A DNA stretch of 24,000 nucleotides from an uncultured Atopobium sp. (lineage in GTDB: Bacteria > Actinomycetota > Coriobacteriia > Coriobacteriales > Atopobiaceae), in NCBI GenBank assembly GCA_963548345.1, contig CAUUUQ010000003.1, positions 1-24,000 on the forward strand, in the 5' to 3' direction. How positions within the stretch are numbered: the stretch's first letter is position 1; every line of letters begins with the position of its first letter. Positions 1-8,422 of this stretch are shown here, one piece after another. The notes below the pieces were generated by a model, which searched no databases, was not told the DNA's origin, and saw nothing but the letters and a program-made list of their open reading frames with translations. The position numbers and the translations under genes are program-made.

Positions 1-1133
1 TCAAGTGCAATGCCTTTGCCAAAGGTCTCTTCATTATGGCGCTCAAGCACCATGTTCTCGGCAACCGTAAAGGGCAGAACCAGACCCCAACGATGGCGGT
101 CTGAAGGAATAGTTGCAACTGCGTGGTCAATGACCGTCTTAGGGGTTGTGCCCTGAATCTCTTCACCCTTCACGGTAATGGTGCCCGACTCAGGCTTGAC
201 CAGTGCATCTATGGCATCGGCAAGCTCTTTCTGGCCGTTGCCGTCAATGCCTGCAAGACCAACAATCTCGCCGGCACGAATGTCCAAATTAAAGCCGTTT
301 ACCTGCTCAATACCGCGCTCATCCTTAACATGAAGGTCTTTAATAGAAAGAACAACCTCACCAGGATTTGCAGGTTTCTTCTCGACATGCAGGTTAACGT
401 TTCTACCCACCATAAGTGTTGCAAGCTCAGTCTCGGATGTCTTGGAAACATCAACGGTGCTCATGTACTTACCACGACGAATAATAGTGCACTCGTCAGC
501 GGAAGACATAATCTCTTTAAGCTTGTGGGTAATAACAATGATGGTTTTACCTTTGCTTACCAGGTCATGCATGATCTGAATAAGCTTCTCAATCTCCTGC
601 GGCGTAAGTACTGCCGTAGGCTCATCAAGAATCAAGGTATCAGCACCGCGATACAGAGCCTTTAGGATCTCAACACGCTGCTGCATACCAACAGAAATGT
701 CTTCGATCTTAGCGTCAGGGTCTACGTCAAAGCCGTATTCCTCAACAATCTCCAGGACCTTCTCGCGAGCTCGCTTTGGATCAAGGACGCCACCAGCCTT
801 GGTGACCTCGTTGCCCAAAACAATATTTTCTGTAACAGTAAAGTTCTCAACCAACATAAAGTGCTGGTGAACCATACCAATGCCGTGAGCGATAGCATCG
901 TTTGGGCCAGAAATGGATACGCGCTCTCCGTTGAGGTAAACATCTCCCTCATCCGCAGAATACAGGCCGTACAGTACGTTCATAAGCGTACTTTTACCTG
1001 CGCCGTTCTCTCCTAAAATGGCGTGGACAGTTTGCTTGCGCACGTTAAGGTCTACGGCGTCAAGAGCTTTAAACGATCCAAAAACTTTGGTAATGCCATG
1101 CATCTGAACAGCGTAATCCGAACTGACTTCCAC
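1..1133 (-). CDS. ABC transporter ATP-binding protein, tandem-ATPase type, of the BMP/nucleoside uptake system (C-terminal part lies beyond the window edge)
   Basis: Absent from the ORF track because it runs off the window. Manual minus-strand translation starts at GTG 1133, with AAAGGAGGTGG ending 6 nt upstream. It gives VEVSSDYAVQMHGITKVFGSFKALDAVDLNVRKQTVHAILGENGAGKSTLMNVLYG (Walker A), ISVGMQQRVEILKAL (signature-like) and TLILDEPTAVL (Walker B). A second ATPase domain then begins at GEIVGLAGIDGNGQKEL. The gene lies directly downstream of the BMP binding-protein gene. Confidence 0.9.
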   Translation of the reverse strand, partial: MEVSSDYAVQMHGITKVFGSFKALDAVDLNVRKQTVHAILGENGAGKSTLMNVLYGLYSADEGDVYLNGERVSISGPNDAIAHGIGMVHQHFMLVENFTVTENIVLGNEVTKAGGVLDPKRAREKVLEIVEEYGFDVDPDAKIEDISVGMQQRVEILKALYRGADTLILDEPTAVLTPQEIEKLIQIMHDLVSKGKTIIVITHKLKEIMSSADECTIIRRGKYMSTVDVSKTSETELATLMVGRNVNLHVEKKPANPGEVVLSIKDLHVKDERGIEQVNGFNLDIRAGEIVGLAGIDGNGQKELADAIDALVKPESGTITVKGEEIQGTTPKTVIDHAVATIPSDRHRWGLVLPFTVAENMVLERHNEETFGKGIAL

Positions 1134-1161
1134 GAGCCACCTCCTTTACACACTTGCTAGA

Positions 1162-1191
1162 GGTGAGGAGTGCCAAAAAGCACCCCTCACC
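1162..1191 (-). other. Intercistronic stem-loop between the binding-protein gene and the ATPase gene
   Basis: The minus strand reads GGTGAGGGGTGC-TTTTTG-GCACTCCTCACC, a 12-bp stem with one G-U pair. No U-tract follows, so it is more likely an mRNA-stabilising or processing hairpin than a full terminator. Confidence 0.5.
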
Positions 1192-1241
1192 AGCAAATCC
1201 AAACTCATCAGCCTTTGGGCTCGTCAGAGGGCAACAGCCAT

Positions 1242-1255
1242 CTGGCGAGAAACCC
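1242..1255 (-). repeat. Copy A of the dispersed motif GGGTTTCTCGCCAG
   Basis: The plus strand reads CTGGCGAGAAACCC. The copy is intergenic, between the BMP gene stop and the ATPase start, and is sense to the operon transcript. Confidence 0.8.
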
Positions 1256-1280
1256 TAAGGCATAGAAACTAAGTTAGAAC

Positions 1281-2354
1281 TTAGCTCAAAGACTTAACGT
1301 ACTTGTCCAGGTCGTCCTTGCTTGCAGGAGGAACAACGGAGCCAGCCTTGATCTTATCGAGAAGACCAATAGCTGCCTTGTAGGTGTCCTCACCCATGAG
1401 GTGGTGATCCTCAGCAATTCCGACAGCATCCTCGGAAGCGCCCAGAGAAATGGTGGTGCCACCCTTCTGGCCGTCCTTCAGGATCTTCTCGGAAATCTCA
1501 ACGATAGCAACGTTGACACGCTTAAGAGCGGAGGTCAGAACGTTCTCTGGAGCAAGATATGCCTGGTCACGGTCAACGCCGATAGCAAGCTTGTTTGCGT
1601 CCTTAGCTGCCTCAATAACGCCGGTTCCTACGCCGCCTGCAGCGTGGAAGACAACGTCGCAACCATCGGAGTACATGGAGTTAGCAATAGCCTTGCCCTT
1701 TGCAGCATCGGAGAAGGACTCTGCGTACTGTGCAGAAACCTCAACGTTGGTGTTGTTCTCCTTGTTTGCAAAAGCAACGCCGCCGCGGTAACCATACTCA
1801 AACTGGTCGATAAGTGCGGAAGAAATGCCGCCAACAAAGCCAACCTTGCCAGTCTTTGTGGTGCGAGCAGCAATGTAGCCAACAACAAAGGAAGGCTCCT
1901 GAGCGCGGAACATAACGCCAGTGAAGTTAGAAACCTGAGAATCGTTGCCGTTGTCGATGATGGCAAACTGGGTGTTTGGATTGTCCTTAGCAGCCTTAAG
2001 AGTTGCATCAGCCATAGCAAAGCCAACGCCCCAAACAAGGTCAGACTCAGCGTCAACAGCCTTATCAAGGTTGGTTGCGTAATCGGAATCCTGCTTGGAC
2101 TCAAGGTAGCTGACATCCCAGCCGTTCTTGTCCTTGAGCTCGGTCATGCCCTCCCAAGCAGACTGATTGAAGGACTGGTCGTTAACACCACCAGTATCGG
2201 TAACCATGGTGAGCTTCTTTTTCTTCTCACCTGATGCCTTCTGGCCGCCGTCGTCCTTCTTCTGGTTGCAGCCTGCAAGACCTGCAAGTGCTGCAAATGC
2301 GCCAACGCCGGTTGCGCCGGTCACAAAACTACGACGAGAAACGTTCTTGTTCAT
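1281..2354 (-). CDS. BMP-family (PnrA/Med-like) ABC substrate-binding lipoprotein, probable nucleoside-binding protein
   Basis: 357-aa ORF. The N-terminus MNKNVSRRSFVTGATGVGAFAALAGLAGCNQ combines an RR-type signal with a lipobox LAGC. The body fits the BMP family pattern (TDTGGVNDQSFNQSAWEG, GFVGG, AIGVDRDQ). It is flanked by deoD and an ABC ATPase. Confidence 0.9.
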   Translation of the reverse strand: MNKNVSRRSFVTGATGVGAFAALAGLAGCNQKKDDGGQKASGEKKKKLTMVTDTGGVNDQSFNQSAWEGMTELKDKNGWDVSYLESKQDSDYATNLDKAVDAESDLVWGVGFAMADATLKAAKDNPNTQFAIIDNGNDSQVSNFTGVMFRAQEPSFVVGYIAARTTKTGKVGFVGGISSALIDQFEYGYRGGVAFANKENNTNVEVSAQYAESFSDAAKGKAIANSMYSDGCDVVFHAAGGVGTGVIEAAKDANKLAIGVDRDQAYLAPENVLTSALKRVNVAIVEISEKILKDGQKGGTTISLGASEDAVGIAEDHHLMGEDTYKAAIGLLDKIKAGSVVPPASKDDLDKYVKSLS

Positions 2355-2517
2355 TCCGTACTCTCCTTACCTCATGTGGCGGGAACATCCAGCTTTAGCG
2401 CTGGATCTTTATGAGAAGTTGACCAAACTCCCCTGACTTAAGCGGAAAATCCGCATGGTTCCAAAACAAACAGCAATGGCAAGCTGCTAATCTGCAATGC
2501 TTTATGCAACAAGTGCC

Positions 2518-3228
2518 TTAAGCAACAACAGAAAGAGCAACCTCCATCATCTGCGTGAAACTAGTCTGACGCTCTTCAGCAGTAAGTGCTTCTCCTGTAA
2601 GAGGCAAATCAGAGATAGTTAGCAGCGTAAGCGCATGCTTATGAGCGTACATGGCGTTGAGATACAGGGCTGCCGACTCCATCTCAACGGCAAGAACATC
2701 CATGCTTGCCCATTTAGAAAGCGAGTTGTCTACGGTATAGAACACGTCGCTTGCCAGAATATTACCAACGCGAACGGGATAGCCCAGCTTTTCTGCACCA
2801 GCAATAGCCTTGCTCAACAGGCCAAAGTCTGCGGTAGGTGCAATGGTTCCAGGCATTCCGTACTGTGATGGATAATTAGAATCAGTGCTGGAAGACATGC
2901 CAATAACAATGTCTCTAAGCTTTACCTCAGGAGCAAGGCCGCCAGCGCTACCAATGCGGAGAATGTTGTCAACTCCGTAGAAATTAAAGAGCTCGTAAGA
3001 ATAAATACCAATGGAAGGCATACCCATACCAGAACCCATAACGGAGACTGGCTGTCCCTTGTAGGTGCCGGTGTAGCCAAACATATTGCGAACGGTGTTG
3101 AACTGCTCAACGTTCTCCAGGTACGTGTCTGCAAGAAGCTTTGCACGCAAAGGGTCACCTGGCATGAGGACCGTCTTAGCAATCTGGCCCTCAACAGCAG
3201 CGTTATGGGGAGTTGGGGTAGTAGCCAT
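2518..3228 (-). CDS. deoD: Purine nucleoside phosphorylase, DeoD type
   Basis: 236 aa, colinear with E. coli DeoD as recalled ([68 protein letters not shown]). Its ATG overlaps the deoB stop (TAATG). Confidence 0.95.
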   Translation of the reverse strand: MATTPTPHNAAVEGQIAKTVLMPGDPLRAKLLADTYLENVEQFNTVRNMFGYTGTYKGQPVSVMGSGMGMPSIGIYSYELFNFYGVDNILRIGSAGGLAPEVKLRDIVIGMSSSTDSNYPSQYGMPGTIAPTADFGLLSKAIAGAEKLGYPVRVGNILASDVFYTVDNSLSKWASMDVLAVEMESAALYLNAMYAHKHALTLLTISDLPLTGEALTAEERQTSFTQMMEVALSVVA

Positions 3229-4418
3229 TAGTTCTCCTTAAGAATCTCTGACAGGTGAGAAGTTCCAACACCAAGTTGCTCAACGCCAAAATAATCAAGA
3301 ATTGTCTCGGCCATATCGGCAAATGTAGCGGTTGTACCAAGGTTGGTGTTTGGCTCGACCTTTGGACCCGTGATAAGCAGTGGCACGTACTCACGAGAGT
3401 GATCAGTAGATGGTGTTACTGGGTCACAGCCATGATCTGCGGTGATAATGAACAGGTCATCCTCGCGAAGGCCCTCAATAATCTGAGGAATACGCTCGTC
3501 AAAGTAAGAAAGAGCGTTGGAGTATCCCACAGGATCGTTGCGGTGACCGTAAATCATGTCAGTGTCAACAAGGTTGGTGAAACACAGGCCATTAAAGTCT
3601 TTGCTGGTGGCCTCAATAGTCTTTTGAATTCCATCAGCGTTGCAGGTGGTGAACTCAAACTCAGTCATGCCACGGTGAGCAAAGATGTCATAAATCTTGC
3701 CAATAGAAAGAACGTCAAAGCCGTTCTCTTTAAGGCGATCAAGCATAGTTGGGCCCGTTGGCTCAAGCGAGAAGTCATGACGGCGAGAAGTGCGCTGATA
3801 TGGCCACTCTCCCTCAAAAGGACGAGCAATAACACGAGCAACACCGTGCTCACCCTGAAGAATCTCGCGCGCAATGCGGCAATACTCATAGAGTTTCTCG
3901 GGACTTACCACGTCCTCATGTGCAGCAATCTGGAAAACAGAATCTGCTGAGGTGTAGACAATCAGAGCACCAGTCTCTACGTGCTCTTTACCAAAGTCTC
4001 TAATAACGTCGGTTCCGGAGTAAGGTTTGTTGCAGAGAACCTTGCGGCCCGTCTTCTGCTCAAACTCCTCAATGACCTCCTGTGGAAAACCATCAGGATA
4101 AGTTGGGAACTTCTTTGGAGAAATGACGCCTGCCATCTCCCAGTGACCAACCGTAGTGTCTTTACCAGCGGATTTCTCCTGCATGCGAGCATATGCGCCC
4201 TCAGGAGACTCAATTGGCTTCAGATCAACGTCATAAACGGTATCAAGTGCTCCATCAATATTAAGAAGGCCCAACTTTGTCATATTTGGGATAGTAAGAA
4301 CGCCACTTGTTGCGCAGGCACAAAGGGTATTGCTACCCTCGTCTCCGTATGCCGCTGCATCAGGCTCTTCGCCGATGCCAAAACTATCAAGAACAACTAC
4401 AAAAACACGTTTAGGCAT
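3228..4418 (-). CDS. deoB: Phosphopentomutase
   Basis: The ORF track starts at 4469, but TAGGAGGTAGT precedes the ATG at 4418. The family N-terminus [17 protein letters not shown] begins there (compare E. coli [15 protein letters not shown]). Supporting motifs are [22 protein letters not shown] and DHSREYVP. Confidence 0.93.
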   Translation of the reverse strand: MPKRVFVVVLDSFGIGEEPDAAAYGDEGSNTLCACATSGVLTIPNMTKLGLLNIDGALDTVYDVDLKPIESPEGAYARMQEKSAGKDTTVGHWEMAGVISPKKFPTYPDGFPQEVIEEFEQKTGRKVLCNKPYSGTDVIRDFGKEHVETGALIVYTSADSVFQIAAHEDVVSPEKLYEYCRIAREILQGEHGVARVIARPFEGEWPYQRTSRRHDFSLEPTGPTMLDRLKENGFDVLSIGKIYDIFAHRGMTEFEFTTCNADGIQKTIEATSKDFNGLCFTNLVDTDMIYGHRNDPVGYSNALSYFDERIPQIIEGLREDDLFIITADHGCDPVTPSTDHSREYVPLLITGPKVEPNTNLGTTATFADMAETILDYFGVEQLGVGTSHLSEILKEN

Positions 4419-4563
4419 ACTACCTCCTAAAACGCCCGAAAAAAGCATTTGCGCACGATACATACGCAAGCTAACTTATGTGGACGAGTCATTACTATTC
4501 ATTAAATATATTATTACAGTTGCATAACACCGACGCCCAATTTAAAGAGATTTTCACGATACA

Positions 4564-4596
4564 ACCGTTTGCAGATACTAAAATTCTGTAAACGGT
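4564..4596. promoter_or_regulatory. 12-bp inverted repeat, candidate operator in the divergent deoB / psuK control region
   Basis: ACCGTTTGCAGA-N9-TCTGTAAACGGT, 11 of 12 positions complementary. It lies in an AT-rich 407-bp divergent intergenic region. Confidence 0.35.
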
Positions 4597-4753
4597 ACGC
4601 AGCAAATGCTTAGAAAAATCAAGCAGGTAAAACTAATATGGCGAGAAAATCGTTGAGCTCACCAGTGAAAAATTTAATGAATTCATTCTTTACAGACTCT
4701 AGCTGCTGTCTTATCGTTGTCCAAAGCAAGATTTAAGCACTAGCTTAAATAAG

Positions 4754-4794
4754 ATAAGCACCTGTTTAGAAGTTTTATATAAGCACCTGTTTAG
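4754..4794 (+). repeat. 16-bp perfect direct repeat ATAAGCACCTGTTTAG x2 (25-bp period), candidate operator upstream of psuK
   Basis: Copies at 4754-4769 and 4779-4794, plus a third TAAGCAC box at 4734-4740. The repeat ends 32 nt before ATG 4826. Confidence 0.6.
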
Positions 4795-4825
4795 TCGGAT
4801 TCTATTTTTGCTGCTAGGAGGCCTG

Positions 4826-5908
4826 ATGCTCACCAATCGAGAACAGATGATTTTTAACTGGATTAAAGAGCAGCCTTCTATTACTCAGAAGGAAATTGCA
4901 GAGCGTGCAGGTATCTCACGTTCTTCTGTTTCGGTTCACATCTCCAACCTTACCGCAAAGGGCGCAATTTTGGGCCGCCGCTATATTTTGAGCGAGCGCC
5001 CCTACTTTATTGTGATTGGCGCTGCCAACATGGATATTGCTGGCCGCCCAGACGCTTCCCTTGTAGCGGGAGATTCAAACCCTGGCAAGGTCACCATGTC
5101 CTTTGGTGGCGTTGGCAGAAATGTTGCCCACAACCTAGCCCTTCTCGACAGTGACGTTCGTCTGCTCACCGCTTTTGGCGAGGACTATCGTGCGCGCGAG
5201 CTCAAAGAGGGCTGCCTGGACTGCGGCATTGACATCGATGCTTCTATTACCGTGCCGGGCGCTTCCACTTCCACCTACCTCTTCATCATGGACGAGCACG
5301 GTGAGATGCAGGAAGCCATCAATGACATGCAGATTTACGAGTATGTCACCCCTGAGCGCATCGAGGAGCGCCTGGATGTTATCCAGCACGCCGCAGCTTG
5401 CGTGATTGACACCAACCTACCTCAGCAGACCATCGAGTTCATTGCCAAGAACGTGACCTGCCCAATCTTCTGCGATCCCGTTTCTTCCATCAAGGCGCAG
5501 AAGCTCAAGAAGGTTCTGGGCAAAATTCACACGCTCAAGCCAAATCGCCTTGAGGCCGAGATGCTCTCGGGCATCAAGATTACTGACGATACCTCCCTTG
5601 AAGCCGCAGCTCACGAGCTGCTTGCAACAGGACTGAAGCGCGTGTTTATCTCCCTTGGCGAGAAGGGCCTTCTTTGTGCTGATCACGAGAAGACCGTCCG
5701 CTTGCCACTGCTTCCTGCAAAGCTCGTCAACATGACAGGCGCAGGAGATGCCATGATGGCGGGAATTACCTGGGCGTACACTCAGGGCATGACGCTTGAG
5801 CAAACCGGCCTGGTAGGCATGGCTGCTTCCAGCATGGCCATTGAGGGTGAGGACACCATCAACGGTGAGCTCAACGTTGAAGAGGTTATCAAGCGCGCAG
5901 GTATTTAG
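4826..5908 (+). CDS. psuK: Pseudouridine kinase (PfkB family) with N-terminal winged-helix HTH domain
   Basis: The ORF opens at TTG 4808, but AGGAGG sits 4 nt before ATG 4826. The N-terminal ~55 aa form an HTH (ITQKEIAERAGISRSSVSVHISNLTAKGAI). The kinase part is colinear with E. coli PsuK/YeiC (GAANMDIAG, DSNPGK, GGVGRNVAHNLALL, IHTLKPNRLEAEMLSGI, NMTGAGDAMMAG). As recalled, the HTH+kinase layout matches E. coli YeiI. Confidence 0.88.
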   Translation: MLTNREQMIFNWIKEQPSITQKEIAERAGISRSSVSVHISNLTAKGAILGRRYILSERPYFIVIGAANMDIAGRPDASLVAGDSNPGKVTMSFGGVGRNVAHNLALLDSDVRLLTAFGEDYRARELKEGCLDCGIDIDASITVPGASTSTYLFIMDEHGEMQEAINDMQIYEYVTPERIEERLDVIQHAAACVIDTNLPQQTIEFIAKNVTCPIFCDPVSSIKAQKLKKVLGKIHTLKPNRLEAEMLSGIKITDDTSLEAAAHELLATGLKRVFISLGEKGLLCADHEKTVRLPLLPAKLVNMTGAGDAMMAGITWAYTQGMTLEQTGLVGMAASSMAIEGEDTINGELNVEEVIKRAGI

Positions 5909-5960
5909 CGCGTCTGCGCGGCACAGCGCGTCTGCGCGGCACAGCGCGTCTGCGCGGCAC
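5907..5960. repeat. Perfect tandem repeat, 18 bp x 3 (AGCGCGTCTGCGCGGCAC)
   Basis: Read directly: units at 5907-5924, 5925-5942 and 5943-5960 are identical. The tract starts inside the psuK stop codon and ends 40 nt before the psuG ATG. Confidence 0.97.
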
Positions 5961-5999
5961 TACTTTCGGTTCCATTAGTCGTTTACGATTGGAGTATAT

Positions 6000-6926
6000 A
6001 TGTCAAACCTGAAGGATTTTCTCGTTGTATCTAACGAGGTCAAAGAGGCTCTTGAGCAGAACAAGCCTGTTGTAGCTCTGGAGTCCACCATCATTTCGCA
6101 CGGTATGCCTTACCCACAGAACGTTGAGACCGCTCTAAAGGTTGAGCAGATTATCCGCGACAACGGTGCAATTCCTGCAACTATCGCAATTATTAACGGC
6201 CAGATGCGTGCCGGCCTTTCCGCTGGCGAGATTGACTACCTGGGCAAGAAGGGCCGCGAGGTTGCTAAGGTTAGCCGCCGCGACCTTCCTGTTATCATCG
6301 CTGAGAAGAAGGACGGTGCAACTACCGTCACTACTACCATGATGATTGCTCACCTGGCAGGCATCGACGTCTTTGCAACCGGCGGCATTGGTGGCGTTCA
6401 CCGTGGCGCTGAGACCACCATGGACATTTCCGCTGACCTCGAGGAGCTTGCACAGACTCCTGTTATGGTCATTTGCGCTGGTGCAAAGTCCATTCTTGAC
6501 CTTGGCCTTACCCTTGAGTACCTGGAGACCAAGGGTGTTCCAGTACTTGGTTACCAGACCGAGGAGCTTCCTGCGTTCTACACCCGCAAGAGCGGCTTTA
6601 GCGTTGACTACCGTGTTGACTCCCCTGCTGAGCTGGCAGAAATCTTTACTACCCAGCAGCAGATTGGCATGAACAGCGGTCTTCTGGTCACCAACCCAAT
6701 TCCTGAGCAGTATGCAATGGATAAGGACACCATCGACGCAGCTATCGAGAAGGCCCTTGCAGAGGCAGAGGCAAACGGTATCCACGGCAAGGAGTCCACA
6801 CCATTCTTGCTGGCAAAGGTTGCTGAGATCACTGGTAACAACTCCCTTGAGTCCAACATTCAGCTGGTCTTCAACAACGTTGCTCTTGGCGCAAAGGTTG
6901 CTGCAGAGGTTTGCAACCGCAAGTAA
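6000..6926 (+). CDS. psuG: Pseudouridine-5'-phosphate glycosidase
   Basis: 308 aa. VVALESTIISHGMPYPQN, VFATGGIGGVHRGAETTMDISADLEELA, ICAGAKSILDLGLTLEYLETKGVP, TNPIPEQ and GKESTPFLLAKVAEITGNNSLESNIQLVFNNVAL all match E. coli PsuG/YeiN as recalled. Confidence 0.95.
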   Translation: MSNLKDFLVVSNEVKEALEQNKPVVALESTIISHGMPYPQNVETALKVEQIIRDNGAIPATIAIINGQMRAGLSAGEIDYLGKKGREVAKVSRRDLPVIIAEKKDGATTVTTTMMIAHLAGIDVFATGGIGGVHRGAETTMDISADLEELAQTPVMVICAGAKSILDLGLTLEYLETKGVPVLGYQTEELPAFYTRKSGFSVDYRVDSPAELAEIFTTQQQIGMNSGLLVTNPIPEQYAMDKDTIDAAIEKALAEAEANGIHGKESTPFLLAKVAEITGNNSLESNIQLVFNNVALGAKVAAEVCNRK

Positions 6927-7014
6927 GTGCTCGCACGCGCTGCGTAAGCACCACGTAAGTACACGTGCGAACGCCGTGTAAGCATCGCATTTCTTTTGGC
7001 CCCTACGTCGTTTT

Positions 7015-7056
7015 AACTGCCTCCCATTTCTTGGACATAAGAAATGGGAGGCAGTT
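7015..7056. repeat. Perfect 18-bp-stem palindrome (copy 1)
   Basis: AACTGCCTCCCATTTCTT-GGACAT-AAGAAATGGGAGGCAGTT. There is no flanking T- or A-run, so it is not a canonical terminator. Confidence 0.9.
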
Positions 7057-7296
7057 CATATGCAGGTGATTATGATTCTGCAGCGTGTTAGCGTCGGCTT
7101 TTAGGCCTGGCCCACAAAATAGCGCAGCTTTGGTAGGTTCTGCCGAAGAATCGACATGTTCCTAATCAAGATAGCCAGGCTGCTAGGTGGTCTCCCTACT
7201 TGATATGCATTTCTATGCATAAACTTCATGTAATATGCTGAATAATGAATAGAGAAATATAAAGAATTTAACTATGGGTAAATTCCGCTTCTAAGG

Positions 7297-7427
7297 AACA
7301 CACCTATGACAGATATTCTGCACAATTGCGGCCATATTACACATCAAATGAAGATAATCTGCACGTTTGAGGTATTTTCGACGTCATGTATACGTCTTTT
7401 TGACAGATTATCTGTCATAGGTGTGTT
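7297..7427. repeat. 19-bp perfect inverted repeat pair enclosing 93 bp
   Basis: AACACACCTATGACAGATA (7297-7315) and its exact reverse complement TATCTGTCATAGGTGTGTT (7409-7427). The right copy overlaps a local palindrome TGACAGAT-T-ATCTGTCA (7401-7417). Confidence 0.9.
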
Positions 7428-7430
7428 TTG

Positions 7431-7472
7431 AACTGACTCCTATTTCTCGTGTCCAAGAAATGGGAGGCAGTT
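7431..7472. repeat. Imperfect second copy of the 7015-7056 palindrome
   Basis: AACTGACTCCTATTTCT-CGTGTCC-AAGAAATGGGAGGCAGTT. The loop is in the opposite orientation to copy 1. The 21-bp string AAGAAATGGGAGGCAGTTCAT is identical at 7039-7059 and 7455-7475. Confidence 0.85.
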
Positions 7473-7690
7473 CATTTGACGTGGGGCTTTTCTATCTTGC
7501 GGCAGCTTGACCGCGGGCGGACTGTGGCCTGACCGCGACCTAATCGCAGCCCGATACTGTTCAAGAAAATTGTCTCAAAAAGTGGACAAAAGTCCTTATT
7601 TTTATTTTTGCTAGCAGGTACAATTACTCAAACTTAAGCCGAAACTGTCCTGTAAAGAGGACTTACGAAACAAGAACAGCGAGGTCTCGT

Positions 7691-8422
7691 GTGAACGTCC
7701 TAACCTACCTTGATAGTCTTGATTCCGACGTTCGCAAGAAGATCATCAAATGGGCTTCTCGCGTTCCTGCTAATCGTCTTTCTCACTGTAGGCAGATTCG
7801 TCTTAATTCCGGACAGACCCTTGTCCACATGCTGGACCGCGTTGATAACGTGTACATTCTGTGCCGCGGCACCGTGCGCACCACGTCGCACAATTCCGCA
7901 GGTAGCACGTATGTTATTGACGAGTATCGCGCCCCTGTTGCTTTTGGCGAGATGGAAGTTATCAGCGAGAGTCCCTTTTATCTGGGATCGCTCACCGCAA
8001 CTTCCGGCTGCGAGTTTATTTCGGTCCCACGTGAGGACTACCTGCAGTGGATTCGTTCGGACCCCGAGGCTCTTCTCACCCGCTCGCGCTGGATTATCAA
8101 GAACCTCACGCGTCAGTCCGGCTACGAGCGCAGCCTGCTGACCTGGAGCGGCACCAAGCGTCTGATGTACATGCTCAGCGAGCTGACGCGCGATCAGATT
8201 CACCGCGGCGTCGTTGAGTGGCCGTTTACCGTGCGTCTGACCAGGCAAGAGCTGGCGGACAAGATAGGTACCAGCACAAAGACCGTTGCCCGCGGTATCG
8301 ACGAGCTTAAGGAGAGGGGCATGGTTTCTGTTCAGCACGGCAAGATTGTCATTACCGAGAGGCAGTTCCAGCGCCTCGATGACGCAATGAAACACGAGGG
8401 AGAAACCCACCTTCTGGACTAA
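7691..8422 (+). CDS. Crp/Fnr-family transcriptional regulator (cNMP-binding-like domain + C-terminal HTH)
   Basis: 243 aa with a GTG start and GCGAGG upstream. It has a beta-roll signature around PVAFGEMEVI and a Crp-type HTH, LTRQELADKIGTSTKTVARGIDELKERGMV. It lacks the FNR-type N-terminal Cys cluster. Confidence 0.8.
   Translation: MNVLTYLDSLDSDVRKKIIKWASRVPANRLSHCRQIRLNSGQTLVHMLDRVDNVYILCRGTVRTTSHNSAGSTYVIDEYRAPVAFGEMEVISESPFYLGSLTATSGCEFISVPREDYLQWIRSDPEALLTRSRWIIKNLTRQSGYERSLLTWSGTKRLMYMLSELTRDQIHRGVVEWPFTVRLTRQELADKIGTSTKTVARGIDELKERGMVSVQHGKIVITERQFQRLDDAMKHEGETHLLD

Noticed and set aside
123-665. 180-aa plus-strand ORF (also 722-952 on the minus strand in another frame)
   Set aside because: The minus strand here encodes an ABC ATPase with Walker A, signature and Walker B motifs in a continuous frame from 1133 to the window edge.
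1204-1227. CUGAUGAG and CUGACGAG words on the minus strand, suggesting a hammerhead ribozyme core
   Set aside because: After the CUGAUGA box there is no stem II hairpin followed by GAAA, and no plausible stem I/III or cleavage triplet could be drawn.
1401-2234. 277-aa plus-strand ORF and overlapping alternative-frame ORFs inside the BMP gene
   Set aside because: They are antisense to, or out of frame with, a lipoprotein gene that has a clear signal/lipobox and family pattern.
4419-4469. N-terminal extensions of track ORFs (deoB 4419-4469; also deoC 11917-11994, psuK 4808-4825, orphan gene 13089-13121, transketolase C-subunit 18734-18739)
   Set aside because: In each case a strong AGGAGG-type SD precedes an internal start codon, and the family-typical N-terminus begins there. 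The longer versions lack an SD.
6135-6785. 216-aa minus-strand ORF
   Set aside because: It is antisense to psuG, which is near-colinear with E. coli PsuG.
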